Origin: a virus
Virus record (IMG/VR): IMGVR_UViG_3300032282_006516
Location: 32,001 to 96,000 of that record
Length of the DNA stretch: 64,000 bases
Direction: 5' to 3' (one strand)
A program made the translations under genes and the position numbers. Positions within the stretch are counted from its first letter, which is position 1. Every line of letters begins with the position of its first letter. Below the pieces are notes generated by a model that saw only the letters and a program-made list of their open reading frames with translations, was not told the origin of the DNA and made no database searches. This document shows positions 36,285 to 45,074 of this stretch, piece by piece.

Positions 36285-38015
36285 CTAAGCCGGCGTGTTC
36301 CCCGAGAGGAAGCCTCTCTGCACGATGGCGTTTGGTGACGTCACGCCGACTTCATCCCAAAAGGCCTGCTTGAAGTAGCACACCGAAAGCGGGGTGAAGA
36401 CGGAGTCAACTGAGGCCGAAGCAATCTTGTGCAGATGCCCGCTGGGTTCGGGCGCTGCCGAAGCTACCAAATCTTGGGCGTGAGCAACAAGGTTCATTAG
36501 GTCGGCACGGTAAGCGTTGTACGCAGCCCCTATCTTATGCAGCAGCCCAGAAGAATGGGAAGAAGATGCTGCGCTCTTTTCGGTTGGCGTTGCCGAGATA
36601 ATGACGACCCGTTTCTCAATCGACGGGCCGAAACCCGACCGAGCGCCCATCATCGGAGCCAGCATGCGGGCAAGAAGTGGCGAGAAGAACTGTGGTCCCA
36701 TCGGCAGAGGCAAGGAGTCTTCAACCCGAGGGAATACCATGTTCTCCGCATCCAGTCGGTCTGCGAGCGGACGCTGCCCCATCTGAATGAGGATGACGCG
36801 CTGGAACTCACGGGGGCGAAGAACCATACCCAGCGCTGACGGAGTCGAAAGCGCGCTCTCTAGCGGAGAGGCCCCAAGAGCATCAAGCAAGCTGTCGGGA
36901 AGATCGGGTTCATTACGCGTCAGCGCGGGAACCGCCTTCCCCGCAAACTGCGAAGGCACTACATCCTTCGTAATCTCACTGCTCTTCGACTTGGCGTCTT
37001 TACCGAAGAACGCCAGCTTCAAGGCTTCCTCCGATACCGACGCAACCTTCTCGTACGTACCTTCGGGTGCAAGAGCCGAGAACAGCTCTGAGTCGCCCTC
37101 TGCGTACCCGAGCTTCTCTGCCAGCTCCGCACTCGGCAGGCTCCACATCCGCCCATCGCCTGCAATCTTCATCATGGTCTTCGCCGTCTTGTCGGCGCCG
37201 ATGAAGACGAAGCTGATGTCGAAAAACTTGGGGTAGTCGTTGTAGACGAACACTTTCCGCCCATCGGGAAGGATGCGGTTCATCTGCTTCTTGGCGTGGT
37301 CACAGTAATCCGCCCGCGTGATGGACACGCCGCGAATACCCTTGCCGTTCTTCTTCTGAAGTTCTTTGTGGTAGCGAAGAACCGCGTCGCCCGGAGTCTT
37401 GTCTTTACCCGGAACGAACATGGCCTGGGCCTTACGGTAGGTGTCCCAGTCGAGGCAGATAGAGCAGGTGTCGTAGGGGACTTTGCAGCCCATGCTGACA
37501 TCGGGATACTGCCCAGCCTTCAGCTTGTCCCAAACACCCGTGCCACCGAACTTCTGGCACTTGTCTTCGTCGACACGCGCAACCAGCTCAACCCGCTTCA
37601 TGCGCGGGTTCCAGGCAGCCAGCTCTACTTCACCGAAAGCCCGCGTCGCGTCCTTGTTGCGGTGGTGCGCGTACGGGTGAGCGAAGTAGAACGTCGGAAA
37701 GCCGTAGCCCCAGTTCTCGGCCTTCGGCTTGTCGAGAAGAGGATTGCCCGTCCAGTCATTAGGGCAGTGAATCAGCGAGGCTTCCGGAAAGTGGTCACCG
37801 TTGATGTTCGAGCCCCAGTACTCTCCAGCGCCCATGGCGTTGAGAAGAACGTACTGAGCATCCGGGCGAGGACGGAGCGCCGAGATGTAACGAGACACCT
37901 CGGGCAAGAGAAGCGGGGCTGCCGTCTTCTCGAACTCGCGGTCTGCAGGACCGAACAGGGGAAACGCGTGCGTCCCCTGTTCGTCCTCGCCCTGGAAGAA
38001 AGCAACTTTGAGCAC
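36285..38015 (-). CDS. Prohead maturation protease with C-terminal extension
   Basis: NINGDHF, YAHHRN (His), DVSMGC (Ser nucleophile) and FDISFV motifs; upstream of scaffold and MCP genes. Confidence 0.75.
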   Translation of the reverse strand: MLKVAFFQGEDEQGTHAFPLFGPADREFEKTAAPLLLPEVSRYISALRPRPDAQYVLLNAMGAGEYWGSNINGDHFPEASLIHCPNDWTGNPLLDKPKAENWGYGFPTFYFAHPYAHHRNKDATRAFGEVELAAWNPRMKRVELVARVDEDKCQKFGGTGVWDKLKAGQYPDVSMGCKVPYDTCSICLDWDTYRKAQAMFVPGKDKTPGDAVLRYHKELQKKNGKGIRGVSITRADYCDHAKKQMNRILPDGRKVFVYNDYPKFFDISFVFIGADKTAKTMMKIAGDGRMWSLPSAELAEKLGYAEGDSELFSALAPEGTYEKVASVSEEALKLAFFGKDAKSKSSEITKDVVPSQFAGKAVPALTRNEPDLPDSLLDALGASPLESALSTPSALGMVLRPREFQRVILIQMGQRPLADRLDAENMVFPRVEDSLPLPMGPQFFSPLLARMLAPMMGARSGFGPSIEKRVVIISATPTEKSAASSSHSSGLLHKIGAAYNAYRADLMNLVAHAQDLVASAAPEPSGHLHKIASASVDSVFTPLSVCYFKQAFWDEVGVTSPNAIVQRGFLSGNTPA

Positions 38016-38023
38016 GATGCCTC

Positions 38024-38536
38024 TTACGGCCTGCGGCCACTGCTACCGCCACCGCGCGCAGCGCTGAAGGCTCCACGAAGAACTTCCATGCCCAAGGGAT
38101 CGCGCGCCTTGTCCCGATAGTTCAACGCCTCTACCGCGCGGTAGCCCGCGTGTTGCGGCTCGGAGACCATCTGGCGCAGATACCCACCAGCAACTATGGG
38201 GTCACGAGAGAAAGCCGGGTTCAACGTGCGCAACGTCGAAAACATCTGGTTGAACGAACGCGGGTCTTCCTGGTGCTTCTCAGCAAGGTCAGGGTTGAAC
38301 GCGAGCATGTTCTTGAAGTCGCGTGTCTTGGTCGCGGCATCGTAGAGCTTTTGCGCTCCAAGCGCGGCCAGTGCCACCCCCGCCGTGCCGGCAATACCCA
38401 ACGCCGCGTTCGCAGCGCGCGAGCCCAGAACTTCCGGGTCCATGCCTTTACCGAGACCGGCGAGGAATCCCGTTCCAAAACCGGCGGCCTGCTTCTCCGT
38501 CAGGTACGCTTCCAGCGGGTTCTTCTCAGTAGCCAT
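38024..38536 (-). CDS. Membrane-helix-containing head-region protein (start MATEKN)
   Basis: YLTEKQAAG followed by ALGIAGTAGVALAALG. Confidence 0.65.
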   Translation of the reverse strand: MATEKNPLEAYLTEKQAAGFGTGFLAGLGKGMDPEVLGSRAANAALGIAGTAGVALAALGAQKLYDAATKTRDFKNMLAFNPDLAEKHQEDPRSFNQMFSTLRTLNPAFSRDPIVAGGYLRQMVSEPQHAGYRAVEALNYRDKARDPLGMEVLRGAFSAARGGGSSGRRP

Positions 38537-39755
38537 ACTCACCGCCCATCTGCGGATTCGCCGCCATGTAGTCGGCTTCGAGGTTCTGCTGTGTGCCCGG
38601 CACGTTGCGAAGAAAAAGATTGCCAGCGCCGCGAATGGCACGCGCCGGAAGACTTGGGCTGTGTTTCAGGTAACGGTAGCCCTCAAGACCCGCCAATCCG
38701 AGTGCGATGTTGGGCGCGTGCGTGATGAGGCCCTTGGCGACGCTACCCGCGCCTTCACCCAAGGCCTTAGCGACTAAAGGGCCGGTGGCTTCTCCCGCGC
38801 GCGAGCTGAGACGGGTAACCCCCCGGTAAGCACGACCGGCAAGACTCGGCGATGCCGCCGTCTTGAGGTACTCCTGAAGATGACCAGCCTGCTCCATCAG
38901 CTCCGCACGAACCTCGCGGGCCTCGGCCAGTTTGGACAGCGTGTCGCAGAAGTCGCCAAACTCCACAACCAACGGATGTGCCGGATTGACGACCTTGGCC
39001 GACGCCGTCTTGTCCACCGATGAAGTCATGTGCTCGACGTTGTAAAACACCCCGTCTTGAAGAAGGCGCGGCGTAACAAGCGAGAAAGCAACCTTCACAT
39101 GGTCTTCGCTCGGAGCGACCGACTCCCACGCCTGCATGACCTCGCCGAGCGTGACGCCCGACAGAGCAGCCTGCTTCACCTGGTGGTACACGCGGTCCGA
39201 CAGGTCGGAGTAGAGAATCTCCAGCCCGCTGATTTCTGACCGAAGGTGCTCTGCTGCCCCGGCCAGCTTGTCCTTGAGGTCCATGACCTCGCTGTGCGGG
39301 TTCTCGAAAGGGAGGTCGGCTTCAGCGGTCTTGTCGAGCAGCTCGAAAAGCTCTTGCTCGGCCTTGCTCGAAGAAACCTTGGCCTCGGGCGGAGGGGCGT
39401 CGTAGTCCCCCGTACCGCGGTCGTACACCGACCCGCCACCGCCGTCGTTTAGGTCCTGCAGAATGGCGCTGGGGTCCGCCGGGCCACCCGGAAAGTCGAC
39501 CACGTGATGCGGCGCGCCTTCCTTGCGGAACTCGTCGAGGTAGGCCGAGGTGTTGGCAAACTCCACCACCCGCCGAACTTGCTCCGGCGAGAGCTGCGCC
39601 TGCTTGACCGTCGACGTCACCGCATCCGTCAGCGTCTTGAAGTCGCCTTCACTCCAACGCGCCGCAGCGCGCTTGCCGAGCACCTCAAGGTACTCCCCAG
39701 AGTGTGCGTGCGAATTCATTTGCTGCAGCATGTTCTGCAGAGGAAGGTCCGACAT
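38526..39755 (-). CDS. Head-region hypothetical protein
   Basis: 409 aa with eight K-x-A motifs; C-terminal hydrophobic helix after YLKTAA. Confidence 0.7.
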   Translation of the reverse strand: MSDLPLQNMLQQMNSHAHSGEYLEVLGKRAAARWSEGDFKTLTDAVTSTVKQAQLSPEQVRRVVEFANTSAYLDEFRKEGAPHHVVDFPGGPADPSAILQDLNDGGGGSVYDRGTGDYDAPPPEAKVSSSKAEQELFELLDKTAEADLPFENPHSEVMDLKDKLAGAAEHLRSEISGLEILYSDLSDRVYHQVKQAALSGVTLGEVMQAWESVAPSEDHVKVAFSLVTPRLLQDGVFYNVEHMTSSVDKTASAKVVNPAHPLVVEFGDFCDTLSKLAEAREVRAELMEQAGHLQEYLKTAASPSLAGRAYRGVTRLSSRAGEATGPLVAKALGEGAGSVAKGLITHAPNIALGLAGLEGYRYLKHSPSLPARAIRGAGNLFLRNVPGTQQNLEADYMAANPQMGGEYGY

Positions 39756-39797
39756 CAGGCGCTCCTTTGCCTAAAAAAGTAACAGGAAGGCAAAACC

Positions 39798-40487
39798 ATG
39801 GGAAGAGAACTACCCCCCGGCTACGTCACGAGGAGCGAAGCGGCCCACGAACTCAGCATCAGTGTCAGCACCCTTGCTCGCCTGGTGCAACGCGGCCTTC
39901 TGTCGCCGAAGCGGCTGGCAGGAGTGCGTGTCCCGGTGTTCAAGCTGGAAGAGGTGCATGCCGTAAAGAATCGAGGAAACCGAAGTGACTGGAACGAAGT
40001 GCAGAGTGTAGCACTCGCGGCCCTGTCGACCGCAAAACGCGCCGAAGCACGTCTCAACGAAGTCTACGAGCACCGTGGGCTAGACGTCGAGCCTCTTGCG
40101 CGTACTCCCGATGCGATTCGCGCCCTCTACACCGAGGTGCAGCTCCCTCTGGACTCGAAAGACCTCTGGGCGCCTGGTTGGCTCCGTCGTTGGGGTGGGG
40201 TGCTTTTCGCCCTCGATGAGCACTACCTAGAACTGGTTGAGCACCTCACCAACAACTCCGAACCGTGGAAGCCGTACCTGGACTTTGCCGCGAGTGTCAT
40301 GCGCCTCGTACACGCCGAACAAGATGAAGCGTTGTCGCGTGCCGCCGCACGTTTTCGCGCCGGGCAGCGGCACCTCTACCATGTTGGTTACATGTACTGC
40401 CGACGCACGCAGGGAGTGCGCGTAGCCGGTGTTGTATTTGATGGCCGAGCCGGCGCTGTGGATGAGCTACTGGCCATTTTGGATTAG
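39798..40487 (+). CDS. MerR/Xis-like HTH DNA-binding protein
   Basis: YVTRSEAAHELSISVSTLARLVQRGLL...VFKLEEV. Confidence 0.75.
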   Translation: MGRELPPGYVTRSEAAHELSISVSTLARLVQRGLLSPKRLAGVRVPVFKLEEVHAVKNRGNRSDWNEVQSVALAALSTAKRAEARLNEVYEHRGLDVEPLARTPDAIRALYTEVQLPLDSKDLWAPGWLRRWGGVLFALDEHYLELVEHLTNNSEPWKPYLDFAASVMRLVHAEQDEALSRAAARFRAGQRHLYHVGYMYCRRTQGVRVAGVVFDGRAGAVDELLAILD

Positions 40488-40518
40488 GCAATTTTTGTCA
40501 CTATTCGGAGATAAGAAT
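40485..40518 (+). promoter_or_regulatory. Candidate phage promoter, copy 1
   Basis: TAGGCAATTTTTGTCACTATTCGGAGATAAGAAT; 29/34 identical to 41361-41394. Confidence 0.65.
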
Positions 40519-40519
40519 A

Positions 40520-41113
40520 GTGATGCACAACATCCAAAACCCCTCGACCTCCACCTCCACCCTCACGGCCGTGCAGTACGACGCGGCGCTCGCGCTCGCG
40601 CTCGCGCACGGCCACAACTGGGCCCGATGGGCCCATCCCGGCGCGGCCGCGTACGACGAGGCGATGGCGCCCGCGCTGGCGCGCGTCCAGTCTGAGCGCG
40701 CCGCGGGCGCGGTAACGCTCGCCGCCATTAACGCGTGCGCCTGGAAGGCGCAAGACCTCGGCCTGGCGCTGCCCGGCATCGACGGGCCCTCGTTCGAGGG
40801 CCCGGCCGTCGCGCACACGACGGGAACCGGGCGCCTATACTGGCGCGTAGAGCCCCCGGGCACCGTCCTGATCCACGTGTGGAGGCCGGGCGGTGAGACC
40901 CCCTGCCTCGCCGCCATGGTGGTCGAGGGGCGCATGTTCCGATTCACACTCGGAACGGGCGCCGAAGGGCGCCACGTCGTGGCGCTCGACGTCGCGCTCC
41001 GCGCGCTCGGGGTGGCCGAAAAGGTCCGGCGAGCGCTGTACATGCTTGTTCGGGATGGGGGCGCGGTGCTGGCGGAGGCGGACGCCTACGCGGAGAATGG
41101 GGGTGCTCAATGA
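40520..41113 (+). CDS. Hypothetical protein (GC-rich island)
   Basis: 197 aa, Ala-rich, directly after the repeated motif. Confidence 0.7.
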   Translation: MMHNIQNPSTSTSTLTAVQYDAALALALAHGHNWARWAHPGAAAYDEAMAPALARVQSERAAGAVTLAAINACAWKAQDLGLALPGIDGPSFEGPAVAHTTGTGRLYWRVEPPGTVLIHVWRPGGETPCLAAMVVEGRMFRFTLGTGAEGRHVVALDVALRALGVAEKVRRALYMLVRDGGAVLAEADAYAENGGAQ

Positions 41114-41322
41114 GCCCCCCCACCAGCAAGAAAAACACGGCGTTCATTTTGGTGCGGGGGGACGAGCGCGCCCTCGTCTCCCGGGATGAGAAGGGATGGA
41201 CCGTCCTGGCCTGGGACGAGGACGGTCAGGGCCGACGCACCACGGTGCTCGGCCCGAACGACGAGGACGCGCGGGCTGCAATTTGGAAGCTGCTGGAGCA
41301 AGGCTTCCGAAACGGCCTGTGA
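41110..41322 (+). CDS. Small hypothetical protein
   Basis: 70 aa, ATGA coupling. Confidence 0.7.
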   Translation: MSPPTSKKNTAFILVRGDERALVSRDEKGWTVLAWDEDGQGRRTTVLGPNDEDARAAIWKLLEQGFRNGL

Positions 41323-41327
41323 CCGAC

Positions 41328-41360
41328 GCGAGAAGGGGGAGTCATTCTCTCCCTTCTCGC
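41328..41360 (+). terminator. Strong hairpin (terminator or processing site)
   Basis: GCGAGAAGGGGGA-gtcattc-TCTCCCTTCTCGC; T-tract is offset. Confidence 0.55.
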
Positions 41361-41394
41361 TAGGCAACTTTTTTCATTATTCGTGGATAAGAAT
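41361..41394 (+). promoter_or_regulatory. Candidate phage promoter, copy 2
   Basis: TAGGCAACTTTTTTCATTATTCGTGGATAAGAAT followed by a GGAGG RBS. Confidence 0.65.
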
Positions 41395-41407
41395 GATGGA
41401 GGTAATC

Positions 41408-41572
41408 ATGTCTCAAAAAGATGAGCGGCCTGTGGTCGTAGAAGTAACCAGCGATGCGGAAGAGAAAGAACAACTGAAGGGATGGGTCTGTTCTTGCGGT
41501 TGCGGCTGCAAGCGCAGGCACTGGTCTCCGACGAGCGGTTACTGCGGGCACTGCCGCGCAGGAGACTGCTGA
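41408..41572 (+). CDS. Small Cys-rich protein, 54 aa
   Basis: GGAGG RBS; CSCGCGC...CGHCRAGDC. Confidence 0.7.
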   Translation: MSQKDERPVVVEVTSDAEEKEQLKGWVCSCGCGCKRRHWSPTSGYCGHCRAGDC

Positions 41573-41592
41573 AAGTCCTCCCGAAAGGGGGC

Positions 41593-41615
41593 ACGCGGCC
41601 AACGCCGCGTTTCTT
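41593..41615 (+). terminator. Rho-independent terminator
   Basis: ACGCGGC-caac-GCCGCGT followed by TTCTT, at the convergence with the terminase gene. Confidence 0.65.
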
Positions 41616-41624
41616 AGCCTCTAA

Positions 41625-43469
41625 TTAACCCTGGTCTACCGGCCCTCGATAGCCCGTACGCAGCGGGCCCTGCCCCGGCATTTCCCGAATCGGGGAGATG
41701 ATGTCCGGACGCGGAGTAAGAATCATCGAGACTAGGAAACAGTACAGGATGGAATGAAACGCATCGTCAGGACGGTCCGGACGATGGGTGTACTGAATCA
41801 TCCGCAACGACTCATTGTACTCACTGAAGATGTTGAGAATGTCGTTTGCGTACGGGTCTTCAAACTCTTCCCATCGAGGAAAGTCGAGCTGCTTACGCTT
41901 CACGGCGTTGAAGAGGTCGCTCATCACCTCCGTGCGAACCATCTGCCAACGGCGGAACTGTGGGTTCCACTGGAGCTTCTTTTTGCCCCTCGGCATGTAC
42001 TGATACTTGTGAATGCGCTTGGGGCCGAACTTCCGCGTCAGGAAGTCGTTGCGGTCAAAACCGCCGCCGTAGTCGGCCCCGACCAAACGCACATTGAAGT
42101 ACTGGAGCATCTCGCTGATTTTTGCGAGCTGCGGCTCTGGGTCGACATCCTCACCGACAAAGCGGTGCACGTAGAAGATGCGGAACTTCTGGTTGATGTA
42201 CGTGCCCAGGGAGAGAACCGTGTACGTGTTTTCTCCTGTGCCCCAGTCGATTCCCGCGAAGACAGGCTGACCCGCACCGAGCGAATGGTATGCCTCCAAC
42301 GCCTTCGGGTGCATCGTCACATCGGGGTTACAACACTCGCGAACTTGTTGCCGCGTTAGTGGACGAAGACCGGAGTCGTAAGAAACTCCCAGCACCTCGT
42401 TGTAGAACTTGGCGCGGTCGTAACGCCCGTAGTCGAGCATGATTTCATCCCACGACCGCCAGGGCACCATGAGCTGCGGAATCCGGTAGCTCTCAAAAAT
42501 GCCGCCCTCCTGCATCATCGCCCACTGCGCATCAGGGTGCATGGGGTTGATGAGGTTGTGACAACGCTCGCAAGAGAGACCGCGCTTTTGAATGTTCTTC
42601 TCGCCAAGGACATTCCAGAAACGACCTGCACCTGCAGAGGAACCGCAGCGGTCACAAGGCACCACCCACTCCCCCATGGTGCTCATCGGACGGCCTTTTG
42701 ACGTACCGCTGCGGTAATACTCGATGACGTTATCGAGACCCTTGGGAGTTCCGGCGTAGATGAACCGGCGCCAGCGTTCCGGCGCGTGGCTCGACGACTG
42801 CTCGATAACCGGAATGTTGTCCGCGAGAATGTCCTGCAACTCGTCGAGCGCGATGCACCAAGACGGGATACCGCGGGTACGGTCCGCGTTCAGGAAGGCG
42901 TAGCGAAGTGTCACCTTCGAGCGGTTGACGAACTGCTTTTCGAGAATGTTCTGCTGCAGCAGTGTCGTTGTGTAGGACCGCAAGACCTCACTGGTCTCCA
43001 ACGGCTCCTTGATGCGGTCCGCCGAGAACGTCTTCGTCTGTGTCGCAGACGGCGAGACGTAGAGTGTACGAAAGTCCGGCACCATGCACGAGTACGTGAT
43101 GATGCGGTTGCCGAGCAGCGTGGACTTCTCGACCTGGCGACCACAGAAGAGCAGAAGGCGCTTGGCTTCTGTGTCGTAGATGCGCCGCATGTGACGACGC
43201 CCTTCAAACGAGAAAGGTTCACGACCCTGTCCATCCGCTCTCGGCATCCGGAAGGCGAACTCCGTGAACTGCGACGGCAGGATGGCAGGAATCTGAAAAG
43301 CAGCTTTGGGCGGCGACCCTGAGAACGAGAAGTCGCCGAAGGGCTCCGGCTCCGCACACCAAGGATGCCCATACTCGTCGTCGAACAAAGACTCGTCCAA
43401 GTCTTCGACGCTCGCATCGGCGTCAAAGATTTGCGGGGGACGGGCGTTTGGTAGATACACGGTAGACAT
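41625..43469 (-). CDS. terL: Terminase large subunit (gpA-like)
   Basis: GRQVEKST Walker A, IALDELQD Walker B, YAGTP coupling motif, GIDWG and DDAFH nuclease motifs. Confidence 0.92.
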   Translation of the reverse strand: MSTVYLPNARPPQIFDADASVEDLDESLFDDEYGHPWCAEPEPFGDFSFSGSPPKAAFQIPAILPSQFTEFAFRMPRADGQGREPFSFEGRRHMRRIYDTEAKRLLLFCGRQVEKSTLLGNRIITYSCMVPDFRTLYVSPSATQTKTFSADRIKEPLETSEVLRSYTTTLLQQNILEKQFVNRSKVTLRYAFLNADRTRGIPSWCIALDELQDILADNIPVIEQSSSHAPERWRRFIYAGTPKGLDNVIEYYRSGTSKGRPMSTMGEWVVPCDRCGSSAGAGRFWNVLGEKNIQKRGLSCERCHNLINPMHPDAQWAMMQEGGIFESYRIPQLMVPWRSWDEIMLDYGRYDRAKFYNEVLGVSYDSGLRPLTRQQVRECCNPDVTMHPKALEAYHSLGAGQPVFAGIDWGTGENTYTVLSLGTYINQKFRIFYVHRFVGEDVDPEPQLAKISEMLQYFNVRLVGADYGGGFDRNDFLTRKFGPKRIHKYQYMPRGKKKLQWNPQFRRWQMVRTEVMSDLFNAVKRKQLDFPRWEEFEDPYANDILNIFSEYNESLRMIQYTHRPDRPDDAFHSILYCFLVSMILTPRPDIISPIREMPGQGPLRTGYRGPVDQG

Positions 43470-43474
43470 CCGAG

Positions 43475-43795
43475 ATGAAACGTACTGCAAGACCCGATGT
43501 ATTTGTGGGAGAACTTGTCTCTAGTGTGCAGCGCGCTGGTCCGGTTCTCACGGGCCAAACGACACTACAACCAGAGGCAGAGGGTGACGGATACTGCGGA
43601 ACAATGCAGCTCGTGCCGAACGCTTTTCACGCCAACGACTTAGGGCGGCGGGTCAAAGACGCTTTCGTCACGTTTGTTCGCGCGTACTGCCGTACCCAGG
43701 GATGGAGGCTTCGGGAGTTTCGCGTGAAGAAGAACTACGTCGAGTTCGCCATCGCCGCTTCAAGACCCCGGTCGAGTTCCAGCAAGAACCGCTGA
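43475..43795 (+). CDS. Hypothetical protein (start uncertain)
   Basis: Protein-like C-terminal half; fills the gap between minus-strand genes. Confidence 0.4.
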   Translation: MKRTARPDVFVGELVSSVQRAGPVLTGQTTLQPEAEGDGYCGTMQLVPNAFHANDLGRRVKDAFVTFVRAYCRTQGWRLREFRVKKNYVEFAIAASRPRSSSSKNR

Positions 43796-44160
43796 GTGAA
43801 CGCCTCCGGGTCAAGCAGGTGCGAGAACCCGTACGCACGGAGCCACCAGCTCGCCTGCTCTTCGGTGTACGCCGCCTTGAGGCGCGGGTAATCGACCCGG
43901 AAGTAGTCCTTCGCGACGCGCTCCAGAATCGCGGGGAACGTCTCCAACCAGTACGCGCGTGCCTGCGGCAGTTTCTTTACTTCCTCCGTGGGGAAGAAGT
44001 GGAAAACAATGTCGCCGTTGGTCAGAGCAAACTCGGCCAAGAACGTCGTGTAATCCGGAACCTGCGTGAACTCAATCGCAAGAACCGGAAGCTCGGACTC
44101 ACTCTCAAGCGCCGTCGTGGCTTGAGTCGGGTCCATCGTCGTCGAGTTCGTCGTCGTCAT
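43735..44160 (-). CDS. Hypothetical protein
   Basis: 141 aa ORF. Confidence 0.7.
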   Translation of the reverse strand: MTTTNSTTMDPTQATTALESESELPVLAIEFTQVPDYTTFLAEFALTNGDIVFHFFPTEEVKKLPQARAYWLETFPAILERVAKDYFRVDYPRLKAAYTEEQASWWLRAYGFSHLLDPEAFTQRFLLELDRGLEAAMANST

Positions 44161-45073
44161 GGTCGAGGTCCTTCGTCGGTGCGAGGTCCACCGTGTGGTG
44201 CCCCGCGCTCAGTGTGTGAATGGAGGGCACCTCACGAGTGTCCATCCGTAGCGCAATCGCGCGAAGCTGCTCCTGCATCTGGTCTTCCGGCTTAACGACC
44301 ATCTGCAGCATCTCTTCAAAGAGCCGGCTTCCGTTGGCGTAGTTCAGGAACTTCTGGCTGTCGCCCGGGCCGTCCTGGTGAACCGCTTCCGTCGCACGGA
44401 GCGCGGCCATGTCTCGTGCCTCAAGCATGCGCAGCGCAAGCTCTTGCCGCCCCGGGCGAATGCCAAGACGCATCTGCGCCAGCGTTGCCGCCATCGGCGA
44501 GTGGGGCAGGTCCGCACCAATCTTCCGAGCGTCCTTGTAGTACGCCGCTTTGAGAACGGCCTGCTTCCCCTGCAGCTCGGGAACGTGGTCAGCCAGCGTG
44601 TCGATGCGCAGCTGAATCAGCACACGCATCTGCGAGCTGTCGAGCAGGTTCACATTCCAGAAGTAGTGCCGGTACAGCTCCAGCGCCTCGGTCGTGCAGA
44701 ACACGCCGAGATGCCGAGTTAGGTACGCCGAGATGGCGGGCAGCGGCACCTGCACGAGCACCATCGCCTCAACGAACTCCTTGGCCCGGGGAAGGCTAAG
44801 AATCTCAAGGGCCGTCCGCACCGCAAGTTCGCGGTGGAACAGCCCATTGATACGTTCGTTGATGAGGAAATGAAACGACGGCGCGTGGTCCCGGTCGTTC
44901 GGGTAGAACGGCGTCGGCGGCTTGAGCTTGCTGCGGAGCCGGTCGATGTAGGCCTCGGAGATGAAATCGAGGCCTTCGTCGAGCAGTCTCTCTTTGATGT
45001 CCCGCGTCAGGTACTTGTCCGGATGAAGGATCAAGTACTTGATGTAGAACTCCGCCGGACTCCGCAGCCGCAT
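44105..45073 (-). CDS. Hypothetical helical protein (possible packaging-associated protein)
   Basis: 322 aa upstream of terL; function inferred from position only. Confidence 0.65.
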   Translation of the reverse strand: MRLRSPAEFYIKYLILHPDKYLTRDIKERLLDEGLDFISEAYIDRLRSKLKPPTPFYPNDRDHAPSFHFLINERINGLFHRELAVRTALEILSLPRAKEFVEAMVLVQVPLPAISAYLTRHLGVFCTTEALELYRHYFWNVNLLDSSQMRVLIQLRIDTLADHVPELQGKQAVLKAAYYKDARKIGADLPHSPMAATLAQMRLGIRPGRQELALRMLEARDMAALRATEAVHQDGPGDSQKFLNYANGSRLFEEMLQMVVKPEDQMQEQLRAIALRMDTREVPSIHTLSAGHHTVDLAPTKDLDHDDDELDDDGPDSSHDGA

Positions 45074-45074
45074 C

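Noticed and set aside
33724-36288. 854-aa plus-strand ORF and similar long antisense ORFs (20374-21738, 22795-24168, 26352-27665, 31647-32873, 56174-57223 minus)
   Set aside because: Shadow ORFs opposite strongly codon-biased genes in GC-rich DNA: R/L/V-rich with no motifs or RBS. They show that antisense openness alone is not evidence; the intein case was accepted only because of its domain motifs.
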